Shown here piece after piece: positions 1 to 13,100 of a DNA stretch of 64,000 nucleotides. The notes under the pieces are model-generated. The model saw only the letters and a list, made by a program, of their open reading frames with translations, was not told where the DNA came from and searched no databases. The position numbers were made by a program, and so were the translations under genes. Every line of letters starts with the position of its first letter. The stretch's first letter is position 1. The stretch spans positions 248,001-312,000 of the forward strand of contig JAPDFW010000044.1 in assembly GCA_028826165.1 (NCBI GenBank), given 5' to 3'. Source of the DNA: Anaeramoeba ignava BMAN. Taxonomy: Eukaryota > Protista > Anaeramoebae.

Positions 1-36
1 CATAATATTTTTATAATATTTTTATGTGATTCAAAC

Positions 37-676
37 TTGAAGCATTAAATGATATCTTGGAATTCTTTGAACTGGTAGAATCATAAAATTAAAAATATCT
101 AAAGAATTACTTCTTTCCAAATTTCTTCCTTTCTATTTTTCAATTCAAAAAAAAAACAAAAAAATAATAAATTTTTTCGAAATTAATTTGACTAAAAATT
201 ACTTCTAAAAAAGCCTCAAATGGATCTTTCTTCTTGCGCAAAGAATTGACAAGATTTACAGCTTTGCGATAATTTTTGCAGTAATCGAAATACAAGTCCA
301 AATAACCTGAAAAATCAACAAAAATATCACCAATCATTTTTTGATGAAGAAATTCTTCAAAACGTAAAATTAAAGAATTATATATCTTTTCTCTATGCAA
401 ATGGTATATTCTCATGCAGTTGTTAAAAATTGCTTTATATTCATCTTCGTTAATCATGCCTTTTTTCTTCTGTGTTTCTCTTTTTAATGGAATCACATAA
501 ACTTCAACAAGTGTTGTTAATCCTTCAACATAATTTTGTTCCGTTTTTAAAATCTCTTGAATTGCTTCTGCTCGCCGTGATTGTTGTTTGAGTAATTGTT
601 CATATTGTTTTTTTGCATATTGCATTTTCAATGATGTTTGGAGAATTGATATTTTTTGAGAAAATTGATCTGACAT
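37..676 (-). CDS. RhoGEF (DH domain) protein, 5' part; continues beyond the left edge of the window
   Basis: Exon 1 (676-203) has the DH motif EILKTEQNYVEGL. A GT-AG intron spans 202-133. Exon 2 (132-37) reads ...FMILPVQRIPRYHLMLQ, the DH PVQRxxRY motif. Confidence 0.85.
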
Positions 677-730
677 TTTTTTTTTTAAAATGAAAAATGT
701 AAAATGAAAAATGAAAATTGAAAAAATGGA

Positions 731-1595
731 ATAAAGAATAATAAATAGATAGATTTAAAATTAATTATATTTTATATATTTAATTAATATTTATTTATTT
801 AAATTAATTTAAAATAATTCCCAATATTTTAATAAAATTAATAAAATATTTTAATTAATTTATTTAAAAATTTAAATAAAGAATAATAAATAATTAGATT
901 TAAAATTAATTCTATTTTATATATTTAATTAATATTTATTTATTTAAATTTATATAAAATTATTCCCAATATTTAAATAAAATTAATAAAATATTTTATT
1001 TAATTTATTCCAAAATTTAAATAAAGAATAATAAATAATTAGATTTAAAATTAATTCTATTTTTATATATTTAATTAATATTTATTTATTTAAATTTATA
1101 TAAAATTATTCCCAATATTTAAATAAAATTAATAAAATATTTTAATTAATTTGTTTAAAAATTTAAATAAAGAATAATAAATAATTAGATTTAAAATTAA
1201 TTCTTTTTATATATTTTATTAATATTTATTTATTTAAATTTATATAAAATTATTCTAAATTTTTAAATAAAATTAATAAAATATTTTAATTAATTTATTT
1301 AAAAATTTAAATAAAGAATAATAAATAATTAGATTTAAAATTAATTCTTTTTATATATTTTATTAATATTTATTTATTTAAATTTATATAAAATAATTCT
1401 AAATTTTTAAATGAAATTAATAAAATATTTTAATTAATTTATTTAAAAATTTAAATAAAGAATAATAAATAATTAGATTTAAAATTAATTCTTTTTTATA
1501 TATTTTATTAATATTTATTTATTTAAATTTATATAAAATTATTCCCAATATTTAAATAAAATTAATAAAATATTTTAATTAATTTATTTAAATTA
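731..1595. repeat. AT-rich tandem minisatellite, ~145-bp unit, ~6 copies
   Basis: The anchor ATAAAGAATAATAAATA recurs at about 731, 876, 1021, 1167, 1311 and 1455. Confidence 0.9.
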
Positions 1596-1617
1596 ATATA
1601 AAATTAATTTTTAATTT

Positions 1618-3078
1618 TTAAATGAGATAAGTCTCAAATTCATCAACTTCCCATTCATCATAAGAACCAGCTAAATAACTTCTAGCTTTATCTGTTCCAT
1701 ATTTAATTCCATTAGGTAAATTGTAACTTTCACCAAAATTTGATTGAATAGGTTGAAAATCAGAATAAAATTCTAAATCTTCTCCAAAATTTGGAGCAAA
1801 ATTTTGATCATAATAAATTGCAATTTCTTCTTTTCCTTTTTTAATTGTAAATCTTTCAGGTTTTCTATCATTTTTATCATTTCTTAATGAAAAAATAAAT
1901 GCTTTTGGATCAATAATATATCCAGAACTATTTTTTCTATCTTTTTTTCTCCATTTGGATTTCTTAGCTGTCCATCCAACTTCAGTAAATCCTCCAAAAA
2001 TAAAATTATCTTTTGTTTTGATAATAATTAATGTTTTTCCTCTATTATCACAAATATCATGCCATTTCTTAGAATCAAATCCATCTCTTTTGGCTGAAAA
2101 TCCTAATTTCATTTTTGGAAAAGAATTTATCATCTTTTATCCATTTTTTTAATTTATTGTAATGCCTAATTTCTTTAATAATTTCTGAATTAAATTTCAA
2201 TCTTGATTTGAAAATGGATGAATTTTCTTTTTAGTAAATTGATTTAATTCATCATTTTGATTTTGAAGTTTTTGGAATTGAATTAATTTTTGTGAAATTT
2301 GATTTGGAATTAAATCTTGTTTCAAAGTATCTTCAACTTCTTCTTTTGAAAAATCAATAAATCTGATTTTATCAATAATATTTGAAATTTGATCTTGTAA
2401 TTTTTCTTTTTCTTCTTTTTCAAGTTTTTGATTTTCTTTTTCTTGATTAATATTTGATTTATGTTTTCCCCATTTTATTATTGATTGGAAAAATAAAAAT
2501 TCATTTATTCGAATCTTATCATTTAATAAAATTGAATTTAAATGATTTTCTTCAAGTTCAAGAAAAAAAGGAGTTTTAATAAATTCATTAAAATTTTTTG
2601 AAATAAATTGATAAGAAGAATCTAATAATTGAGTTAAATTCATTAATTCAGATAATTTAAGGACATCAACAACAGTTTCCATTTGTGTATTCTTTTTAAT
2701 AAATTTTGAAGAAACTTCAATTAATTCATCAATTAAATATTTTGATGAAAAAATTAAAATTTGAATTGCATTTTCTAAATTAATTTTAATTTTTCCTGAA
2801 TAAAGATAATTCAAAATTGAAGATAAAATTGAATTTGAAACATCTTTTAAAATTAATTTATTTTCTTGAAATTCTTTCATTTTAGAATTAAAAAGAGATT
2901 TAAAATATTGACTTCTTGAAGAAAGAATTGATTTATGAGTTTTAAATGAAGTTTTATCTTGTTCACAAATTATTTCAAAATCAAAATAACTTTCTTCTTG
3001 ATTTTGATTTTGATTTTGATTTTGAAATAAATTTTTTAAATCGTTTGAAAGTTTTTTTAAATTTAAATAACTTTCCAT
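1618..3078 (-). CDS. BTB-BACK-TLDc protein, copy A (frameshifted near 2230 and 2115-2135)
   Basis: ORF 2197-3123 has a BTB domain (HKSILSSRSQYFKSLF) and a BACK region. ORF 1618-2133 has TLDc (SAKRDGF..WHDICDNRGKTL..IFGGFT). Likely start is MESYL at 3078. Confidence 0.8.
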
Positions 3079-3150
3079 TTGAAAAGAAAGAAAAGAAAAA
3101 AATGAAAAAAAAAAATTTTTCATTTTTTCATTTTTTCATTTTGTTATAAA

Positions 3151-4623
3151 ATGGAATCAAAAAAAACTTTTGAAAATTATTCAAAATTAAGCACAGATTT
3201 TGAAGATCTTCTCCATTCAAAAAATTACAGTGATTTTCGAATAATTGTTAAATCACAATTACAAGAAACGAAAACATTTGAATGTCATCGAGCAATATTA
3301 TCAAGTCGAAGTGATTATTTTCATGGACTTTTTCGAAGCCAAATGATAGAAGCGCAAACAGGATTCATAGAATTTGAAGATGTAATGCCTCAAGTGATGG
3401 AAAACTTACTCAGTTATATTTATTCAGGAAAACTTGAAATCAATTCAGAAAATGCAGTTGAAATTTTAGTTTTTTCATCACGTTTTTGTTTTCATGATTT
3501 ACTTGATTTTGTAACTGATTTTATCAATGATTCTTTATCTGTTGATACAGTTATTCATGTTCTTGGAGTCGCTGATTCTTTTGGAATTCAAATTATGAAG
3601 GAAAAATGCATGAAATTCATCGCAATGAATTTTTATGATATTGTTGAAAATGGAGAATTTTTCCAACTTTCTCATAATGATTTATGTGATATTCTTAAAG
3701 AAGAAATTCTTGATATTCCTGATGAATATTTTTTATTCAATTCACTTATTCGTTGGATTCAACATGAAAAAAAATTACCTGAATCAACTGGCAAACAAAT
3801 ACAAAAACAAGCGTTTCAACTTCAAGAAAAAATGAATCTTTTTATTCCGCAAATTCGCTTCAAAGACTTCACAGAAAAGCAACTGAATCAAGTTTCAAAA
3901 ACAAGTTTATTGAGACAAGAAATAATAGAAGATGTTCGTGAATTCCAAAAATTGGAAAAATCAAATCAAGTGCAAAAATTAAAAGAAATGAAGCAAAAAT
4001 TCAAGAAAGAAGAAATGTTTATTCTTTCACCACGTTCCAAATTTCCCAACAGCTCGATCATCAAGGATAGACATCACATTGCACTTTTAAGAGAATGGAT
4101 CAATGATAACCCGTTTTTTTCGAAAATGAGACTTGCATTCTCAAGTCAAAGAGACGGAGCAAAAGGGAAAATATTTCACGAGAAATGCGACAAACAAGGT
4201 CAAGCATTAGTAGTAATTCTGACTCTAGATGGATATATTTTTGGCGGATATACAAAGGTTGGATTTGATTCAGATCTTATTTGGGAATCTGAGAGATTTA
4301 AAAAGGAAGGAATGGGTCATATAAAGGATCCTGATGCTTTTTTGTTCTCATTGGCCAATCCAAAAAATTATTCACCTTTCAAAGTTTCTCCAAAAGATGA
4401 TTCACTTGATTATGCTGTTTTTTATCATTCAACAAAAGGTCCTAGTTTTGCTGGTGATTTGGAATTGAGATCAGATTTATCTAGTGGTTGGACTAATTTC
4501 GGTTGGGATTATAAATTACCTTTTCCCAGTTTGTCTCATGGTGATGAATCTAAGAAAATTTTTGCTGGATCTTATGATAGTTGGAAAGTAAAAGTTGTTG
4601 AAGTATTTTTGAAGAAATTTTAA
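3151..4623 (+). CDS. BTB-BACK-TLDc protein, intact and intronless
   Basis: BTB motifs SDFRI..CHRAILSSRSDYFHGLF, a BACK region, and TLDc FHEKCDKQG..YIFGGYT..FLFSL. Confidence 0.9.
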   Translation: MESKKTFENYSKLSTDFEDLLHSKNYSDFRIIVKSQLQETKTFECHRAILSSRSDYFHGLFRSQMIEAQTGFIEFEDVMPQVMENLLSYIYSGKLEINSENAVEILVFSSRFCFHDLLDFVTDFINDSLSVDTVIHVLGVADSFGIQIMKEKCMKFIAMNFYDIVENGEFFQLSHNDLCDILKEEILDIPDEYFLFNSLIRWIQHEKKLPESTGKQIQKQAFQLQEKMNLFIPQIRFKDFTEKQLNQVSKTSLLRQEIIEDVREFQKLEKSNQVQKLKEMKQKFKKEEMFILSPRSKFPNSSIIKDRHHIALLREWINDNPFFSKMRLAFSSQRDGAKGKIFHEKCDKQGQALVVILTLDGYIFGGYTKVGFDSDLIWESERFKKEGMGHIKDPDAFLFSLANPKNYSPFKVSPKDDSLDYAVFYHSTKGPSFAGDLELRSDLSSGWTNFGWDYKLPFPSLSHGDESKKIFAGSYDSWKVKVVEVFLKKF

Positions 4624-4713
4624 ATGAAATTTTTTTTTTTTAATTCAAAATGAGAAAGAAATTCAAAATCAAATTCAAAACCAATTTTAAATTTTTAATT
4701 TTCATATTAAATT

Positions 4714-6146
4714 TTAAATGAAATAAGTCTCAATATCATCAACTTCCCATTTATTTAGAGAACCAGCTAAATAACTTTTAGCTTTATCTGTTCCATATTT
4801 AATTCCATTAGGTAAATTGTAACTTTCACCAAAATTTGATTGAATAGGTTGAAAATCAGAATAAAATTCTAAATCTTCTCCAAAATTTGGAGCAAAATTT
4901 TGATCATAATAAATTGCATTTTCTTCTTTTCCTTTTTTAATTGTAAATCTTTCAGGTTTTCTATCATTTTTATCATTTCTTAATGAAAAATAAATGCTTT
5001 TGGATCAATAATATATCCATAATTAAGAAAATTTGAATTCCATTTGGATTTCTTAGCTGTCCATCCAACTTCAGTAAATCCTCCAAAAATAAAATTATCT
5101 ATTGTTTTTATAATAATTAATGTTTTTCCTCTATTGTCACAAATATCATGCCATTTCTTAGAATCAAATCCATCTCTTTTGGCTGAAAATCCTAATTTCA
5201 TTTTGGAAAAGAATCTATCATCTTTTATCCATTTTTTTAATTTATTGTAATGCCTAATTTCTTTAATAATTTCTGAATTAAATTTCAATCTTGATTTGAA
5301 AATGGATGAATTTTCTTTTTGAGTAAATTGATTTAATTCATCATTTTGATTTTGAAGTTTTTGGAATTGAATTAATTTTTCTGAAATTTGATTTGGAATT
5401 AAATCTTGTTTCAAAGTATCTTCAACTTCTTCTTTTGAAAAATGAATAAATCTGATTTTATCAATAATATTTGAAATTTGATCTTGTAATTTTTCTTTTT
5501 TTCTTTTTCTTGATTAATATTTGATTTATGTTTTCCCCATTTTATTATTGATTGGAAAAATAAAAATTCATTTATTCGAATCTTATCATTTAATAAAAGT
5601 GAATTTAAATGATTTTCTTCAAGTTCAAGAAAAAAAGGAGTTTTAATAAATTCATTAAAATTTTTTGAAATAAATTGATAAGAAGAATCTAATAATTGAT
5701 TGAAGTTCATTGAATCAGATAATTTAAGGATATCAACAACAGTTTCAATTTGTGTATTCTTTTTAATAAAATTGAAACAAACTTCAATTAATTCATCAAT
5801 TAAATATTTTGATGAAAAAATTAAAATTTGAATTGCATTTTCTAAATTAATTTTAATTTTTCCTGAATAAAGATAATTCAAGATTGAAGATAAAATTGAA
5901 TTTGAAACATCTTTTAGAATTAATTTATTTTCTTGAAATTCTTTCATTTTAGAATTGAAAAGAGATTTAAAATATTGACTTCTTGAAGAAAGAATTGATT
6001 TATGGGTTTTAAATGAAGTTTTATTTTGTTCACAAATTATTTCAAAATCAAAATAACTTTCTTCTTGATTTTGATTTTGATTTTGATTTTGAAATAAATT
6101 TTTTTAAATCATTTGAAAGTTTTTCTAAATTTAAATAACTTTCCAT
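4714..6146 (-). CDS. BTB-BACK-TLDc protein, copy B, near-identical to 1618-3078 (several frameshifts; pseudogene or consensus error)
   Basis: ORF fragments 5411-5947 and 4980-5414 match copy A almost residue for residue. Start MES at 6146, stop at 4714. Confidence 0.75.
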
Positions 6147-6225
6147 TTGAAAAGAAAGAAAAGAAAAAAATGAAAAAAAAAAATTTTTTCGAAATTATTT
6201 TTCATTTTTTTTATAAAATAAAACA

Positions 6226-9200
6226 ATGCAAGAATATATAAAATTTTTAAAGAAAAATTCCATGTTAAAACAATCAAAAGAATTATATGAAAAATATATA
6301 AAAGGAAAACAACAACAATTTTTAAATAGTTTTGGGAAACCAAAAACAAAAGAATTACTTGAAGTAGGAGATACATGGTTTAATGCATATCCTGAAGCAA
6401 CAATATTTCCTGATGATTTATCATTTTTAGAATATCTTGGATCAGAAGAAATATGGAAATATTTTCAAAAAATAGGGATTCAAGTTATTCATACTGGACC
6501 TATTAATAAATCAGGTGGAATTCAATTTAAAAATTTTTCTCCAACTGTTGATGGATTTTTTGATAGAATTTCTTTTGATATTGCTAATGAATTTATTTCT
6601 TCTAATTCTAATTCTAATTCTAATTCTAATTCTAATTCTAATTTGAATTCTAATTTGATTGGTTCTTCTCAATTTCAAAATTTGGTCAAAACTGCTAAAA
6701 AATTTAATGGTTTAATTGCTGGAGATGTTGTTCCTGGTTAATAATTAAAATTAAAATTAATATTCATTTATAAAATTAAAATTAAAATTAAAATTAATAT
6801 TCATATTCATTTATAAAATTAATATTAAAATCAAAATTAAAATTAAAATTAAAATTAAAATTAAAATTAAAATTAAAATCAAAATTAAAATTAAAATCAA
6901 AATTAAAATTAAAATCAAAATTAAAATTAAAATTAAAATTAAAATTAAAATTAAAATTAAAATTAAAATTAAATTTAAAATTAAAATTAATATTAAATTT
7001 AAAATTAAAATTAAAATTAAAATTAATATTAAATTTAAAATTAAAATTAAAATCAAAATTAATATTAAAATTAATATTAAAATCAAAATTAATATTAATA
7101 TTAAAATTGAAATTAAAATTAAAATTTAGGTCATACTGGAAAAGGATTTGATTTTAGACTTGCAGAAAGAAATTATGGAGAATATCCTGGAATTTATATG
7201 ATGATTGAATTACCCAAAGAATATTGGGAAATTGTACCAAAAGTAGAAAATGAATGGGATTCAGCAAATTTAACAAAAACTTTAGTAAGAAAATTTATAA
7301 AAGAAGGGATAATTCCAGGTAAAAAAAAATAATAAAAAAAAGAATATTTATAAAAAGAAAAAAAAAGTGGAACAAAAAAGTTCTTAATTTTTTTTTAAAA
7401 TTTTTTTGAATTAGGTGAACTTGAAAGAGTAATGTTTTTAGATCCATCAAATCCAACAGAAGAACTTTCTGGTTGGGATGTTACTGGTGAAATTGAATGT
7501 GTGGATAATTTAAAAAGAAGATGGATATATCTTCATTATTTTAAAAGAGGTCAACCAACTGTAAATTGGTGTGATCCAACTTGTGGAGCTGAAAGAATTG
7601 TTATGGGAGATTTAACTAAAATATTATGTGAATATGGAGCTAAAATTGTTAGAATGTAATCAATATTTTTTTGAATATTGAATTGAATTGAATATTGAAT
7701 TGAATATTGAATTGAATATTGAATATTAAATATTAAATATTAAATTGAATTGAATATTGAATTGAATTGAATATTGAATATTAAATTGAATTGAATTGAA
7801 TATTGAATTGAATATTAAATATTAAATTGAATTGAATTGAATTGAATTGAATATTGAATTAAATTGAATTGAATATTGAATTGAATATTGAATTGAATAT
7901 TAAATATTAAATTGAATTAAATTGAATTAAATTGAATTAAATTGAATTGAATATTGAATTGAATATTGAATTAAATTGAATTGAATATTGAATTAAATAT
8001 TGAATTGAATTGAATTAAATATTGAATTAAATATTGAATTAAATATTGAATTAAATATTAAATTAAATTGAATTGAATATTGAATTGAATTGAATATTGA
8101 ATATTGAATATTGAATTGAATATTGAATTGAATTAAATGTTGAATATTGAATTGAATAAATATTAAATATTAAATATTATATTGAATTGAATATTGAATT
8201 AAATATTAAATATTAAATTGAATTAAATTGAATTAAATTAAATATTAAATTGAATTGAATATTAAATTGAATTAAATTGAATTAAATTGAATTAAATTGA
8301 ATTAAATTGAATTGAATATTGAATTGAATATTGAATTGAATTGAATTGAATTGAATTGAATTGAATATTGAATTGAATATTGAATTAAATTAAATCGAAT
8401 TGAATATTAAATATTGAATTGAATTGAAAATTGAATTAAATATTTAACTTAATATAGTGATGCTAATCCTTTTCTTGGATTTGAGAAAAAGGAAAATACA
8501 ACTATTGGATGGACTGAAGGACATCCTTTATCAATAATTGGAACAAATAAAATTGCTTTTATGGCAAGAAAACTTGGAGGTAAATTATTAAATTTTTTAA
8601 ATTAAAATTTAATTTAATTTAATTTAAATTCTTTTTAAATTCTTTAGGATGGACTTTTCAAGAATTAAATTTAACTTTAGAATCAATTAAAGAATTTTCT
8701 CAAAATGGACCTGATTTATCTTATGATTTTGGAACTAGAACAGCTTTAATGCATTCATTATTAACAAAATCACCAGAATTTCTTCAATTAATGTTAAAAG
8801 AGATGGTAGAAGTTTATCAAATTCCATTTCAAACATTAATACATGGGTAAATAAATTAAAATTGAAATCAAAATTAAAATTCATTTATAAAATTAAAATT
8901 CATTTATAAAATTAAAATTCATTTATAAAATTAAAATTCATTTATAAAATTAAAATCGGATAAAAAATTTAAATTAAAATTCATTTATAAAATTAAAATC
9001 GGATAAAAAATTAAAATTAAAATTAAAATTCTTTTTAAAATTCTTTTATAAAATTAAAATTCATTTATAAAATTAAAATTAGTTTACAAAATCATGATGA
9101 AATTACTTACGGTAAATAATTTCTTAAAGAGTCACAAAAAAAACAAAATATAATAAAAATAATACAAAAACATAAAACAAACAGAATTGGTTCATTTTGA

Positions 9201-10017
9201 AAAACATCCAGATCAAGAATACATTTATAAAGATCAAAAAATAACAGGAAAAGAATTAAGAAATCAAATTAGAAATGATTTTCATAAATTTTCAAGCTCA
9301 TTAAATTACATGAACAAAAACATATTCAGCGGGAATGGATTATGCACAACACTCACAGGATTAGTAGGAGCATCTTTAGGATGTAAAACATATGAAGAAA
9401 TGGTTCAAAACAAGAAAAAAATAGTTGAAGGTCATTTAATTCTTGCCATGTTCAATTCGATGATTGGAGGGGTTTTTCAGATATCAGGCTGGGATCTTAT
9501 TGGTGCTGCTCCCTTGTTTGTTAAGGAGCTTGAAGAGGATCCTCAATTCAAGGATTTTATCATGACTAAAATTCATCAAGATGGAGATTATAGATGGATC
9601 AATAGAGGAGCTTATGATTTATTGGAAAGTTCTCCAAACAAAAATTGCTCAAGATCTAATACACCTGCTGCAAAATCTTTATATGGATCTTTACCTCAAC
9701 AAGAAAAGGATGATGATTCTTTTTATTCTCAAATTAAATCTTTGCTAGAAATTCGTAGAAAATATAAAATTTTTTCTTCTGAAATTCACAAAATTTTATC
9801 ACCAAAAAATCAAGATAAAATCATTCTTATTCAATCTCGTCTTGAAAACCAAAATCAACATATTCTCTTGGCAATTAATTTTAAGGAATCAGGAAATTCT
9901 GTTAAGGAAAAGATTGATTTTGATTGGGAAATTTTTGATATTAAAATGATTTTTTCAAATCAAAAAAATACAAACAAATTTATTTGGAAACAACAAGAAA
10001 AAGACTTTAGAAATTGA
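6226..10017 (+). CDS. treS: Bacterial-type trehalose synthase / maltose alpha-D-glucosyltransferase (GH13, Pseudomonas stutzeri-type TreS), 7 exons
   Basis: Exons 6226-6736, 7130-7318, 7415-7655, 8458-8579, 8648-8846, 9083-9111 and 9185-10017 join in frame. Motifs: WFNAYP, IHTGP..SGG, PTVDGFFDRISFDI, DVVPGHTGKGFDFRLAE, YLHYFKRGQP, RIDANPFLG, FQELNL, LQNHDE, RWINRGAYDL. Confidence 0.85.
7656..8457 (+). repeat. treS intron 3 filled with (GAATT/GAATATT)n microsatellite
   Basis: Bounded by GT..AG and composed almost entirely of simple repeat. Confidence 0.9.
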
Positions 10018-10167
10018 TTTGAATCCTTGGGAATGTTCAACTTTCTTGATTACTTTTTCTCTCAAATAAATTTTTTTCATTTTTTTCATTTTTTTCATTT
10101 TTCATTTTTCATTTTTTCATTTTTTCATTTTTAAAAATTAAAATTAAAATTAAAATTAATATTAAAA

Positions 10168-13100
10168 ATGTCATTTCAAGAAAATCTTCTTTTTATTTTT
10201 TCTTCTAAAAATAATACTTCAATTGAAATTCCAAATTTAAATTCAAATTCAAATTTAATAGAAAATGAAAAACAAGAATCAATTTTTTCAAGTGATTGTT
10301 TTATAATCGAACCTTCAAATAATTCTTCAAAGATTTTACATTATATTTCTTGGTAAAAAATTATTTAATCACTTTCTATTAAAAAAATTTTTTTTTTTTT
10401 TAAAATTTTTTATTTTATAAAAAAAAATAGGATTTCTTCTTCAACACAAATTACTTTAACAGAAACATTATCAATCAATTTTAAACAGAGAAAAATTGCA
10501 AGAACACAATTTTCTTTTAATTCTTTAATTAATTTTAGAACAATTTCCTTTTCAATAAATGAAGAAAAAAATCAATTATCAATATTTTTATCAACTTTTG
10601 ATCAAATTATTTATCGAATTTTATTAACAAGAACTTTTCCGTTAGAAAAAGAAGACACTCGAGATGATCTTTTTTTATTTGCAAATGAATTCCAAACTCA
10701 ATCTCAAATTTTTAATGATTCCATTTTGGATTTGAAAGCAATAAATGTTGATGAGATTATTTTGTCAACAAAAAAAGGAAAAATTTCAAAAATTCAATAT
10801 CAAATTCAAACAGAATCAAATGAATCAACAATTTCCCTTTTTCAAGATCTAAAATCGCCTGTTTCTAATTTGGAATGTGATGGGAATCATCTTTTTATTT
10901 TTCTATTGGATGGAACACTTAAAATATATGATTTATTTACAAAATCTCAAATTCATTCAATTAACATTCCAAAAAATTTACTGAAAAAGAAAAAAAGACA
11001 AATTATTGAAGATTATCAATCAGCAATGACAAAGAATTTCAATGAAAAAAACCAATCATTCTTTATCGTTCATACAAATTTTGGAGAAGGATTTTGCTTT
11101 TATATTTTTCATTATGATGAAAAAGACAAATTGAATAATTTGGATTTAGTTCAAATCATATCATCTCCTCAAACAAAGGAAAATCAGCTTATTAATTTTC
11201 ATGTTATTGAAGGTTTGGCTAATGGAAAGAAGGAATTTGTGTTAATGTGTTTATTTAATGATTTATCCCCACAAGAATTAACTACTCAAATTGTTATCAA
11301 AACTCATATCATAAATTTAAGTCATAATTCGAATTCAATTTCCAATTTCTGGAATGAAAATTTATTAGCAGAATCAAATATCCCACAAATACCTTCTTTT
11401 GATGAAATTTCAAGTTTTGAATCCCATATTTTAGCTCGTTTATTTATTGATATTCTTTTTGAGAATGAAAATTTAATTCAAATTCTCCAAAAATCCTTGT
11501 TGATTTTTTTAGAAAAATATCAAATATTTTCAACAGAAATTTTGGATGGTCAATTATCAAAAGAAGAATTAAAACTTGAAGGAATTAAATATTTCACATC
11601 CATAATAGACAGTATTGATTCAAATCAAGTATTTGATAATCTATTTTTATTCTTTATTTATTTTTTTGTAAAATGTAATTTGATATTTAAATCTTTGTAT
11701 AATAAAAACACAATAGGATTTCTATCAAAAAAAAAGATATGATATTTGTACTGAATTAATAGAGATATATTTGGAATGTTTACAAGAAAACAATTTATCA
11801 ATTACAGTTATTCATAACAAACAAACTGGAATTACATTTCTTCATAAAGAAGTAAAATTATCTTTTTGTTTTCCTTTTGAATTGATTAATTGAAAATTTG
11901 CTTAAATTTATTCATTAATAGAGTTCTCTTTCAATATTAATATCAAACTCAAATTTGGAAATCTTTTTAAAACTGATGGAAAATCCTCGATTTGAACAAA
12001 ATTTATTTAATCAAGACCAAATCAATTTGTCAAAATTATTATTTGAAATTCCAATGATTTTCGAAGAAAATATCGAAGAAATCATGAATCAAGACTTGTT
12101 TAATTTTCAAGATCCTTTAATAAAATGTATGAATCAAATACAGGGATTTATTTATGGATCAAATACTACATCAATCACTCATGAAATGAGAGAAAAATTT
12201 AAATATAAATTTATGAAAATTTTAAATGGAATTCAAAATCCAATTCAAGTTATCCAAGATTTGTACAATAATTTTACAATTTTCCCAACAAAAACAAGCA
12301 TTGAAACAAAAAAGGAATTCAATTCACAAGAAAAAACTTCAGCTTTGGTCAAGTTTATTCTTCAAAGACAATTAGAAAATCAATGTTGGTCAGGAATTAA
12401 ATTACTTTGCTATTTAATATATTTCTTGACTTTTCTTCCCAATTTTGTAGAATTTCCAAAACAAACTCAAACAACCAAAATAATTCAAGATTGTTTTCTA
12501 AAGCCAATACCTGAACTAATTTCAAGACTTCAAAACAAATTTTTACAAATTTTGATCGAATATTTTTGGATATTTCAGTCAAATCAAGAAAAATTTAATG
12601 AAAAAAATGAGGGAAAATCAATTCTTCATCGTTGGATTGTGTTTTGGTGTGATACATATAATCAAAATTCAAATTTTCTTGATGAGGCTCAATTTAATGA
12701 ATTATGGACACAAACATTAAATAATTTAACACAAATTCACAAAGAAAATACATTCGGGAATTTTCTATTTCAAAATGACTATCCCAAACTTTCCAAGATA
12801 ATTCATTTTATTCACAAATATGAAGATGAATCTGAAGAAAATTCTCAGTTATCAACTGATTTATTATTTTTAGATGCAAATTTTTACTTGAAAAATCAAA
12901 AATATGAACAAGCATTTAGTCTATTTATGCAAATTTCTGAAGAAATGAAACAAAATGAACCCATTTCAAACATTGAAAAATTCTATCATTCAATAATACA
13001 ACAATTTCAAAAAGAAAATCAACCATTATTTGTTGAAAAAATTGCAAAAATTGCAATTATTGAATCTCAAAATCCAAAATTCCAAGAAGTTTTTAATTCA

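Noticed and set aside
731-1595. Possible CRISPR-like array
   Set aside because: The units are wholly repeated with no unique spacers, and the context is eukaryotic with no cas genes.
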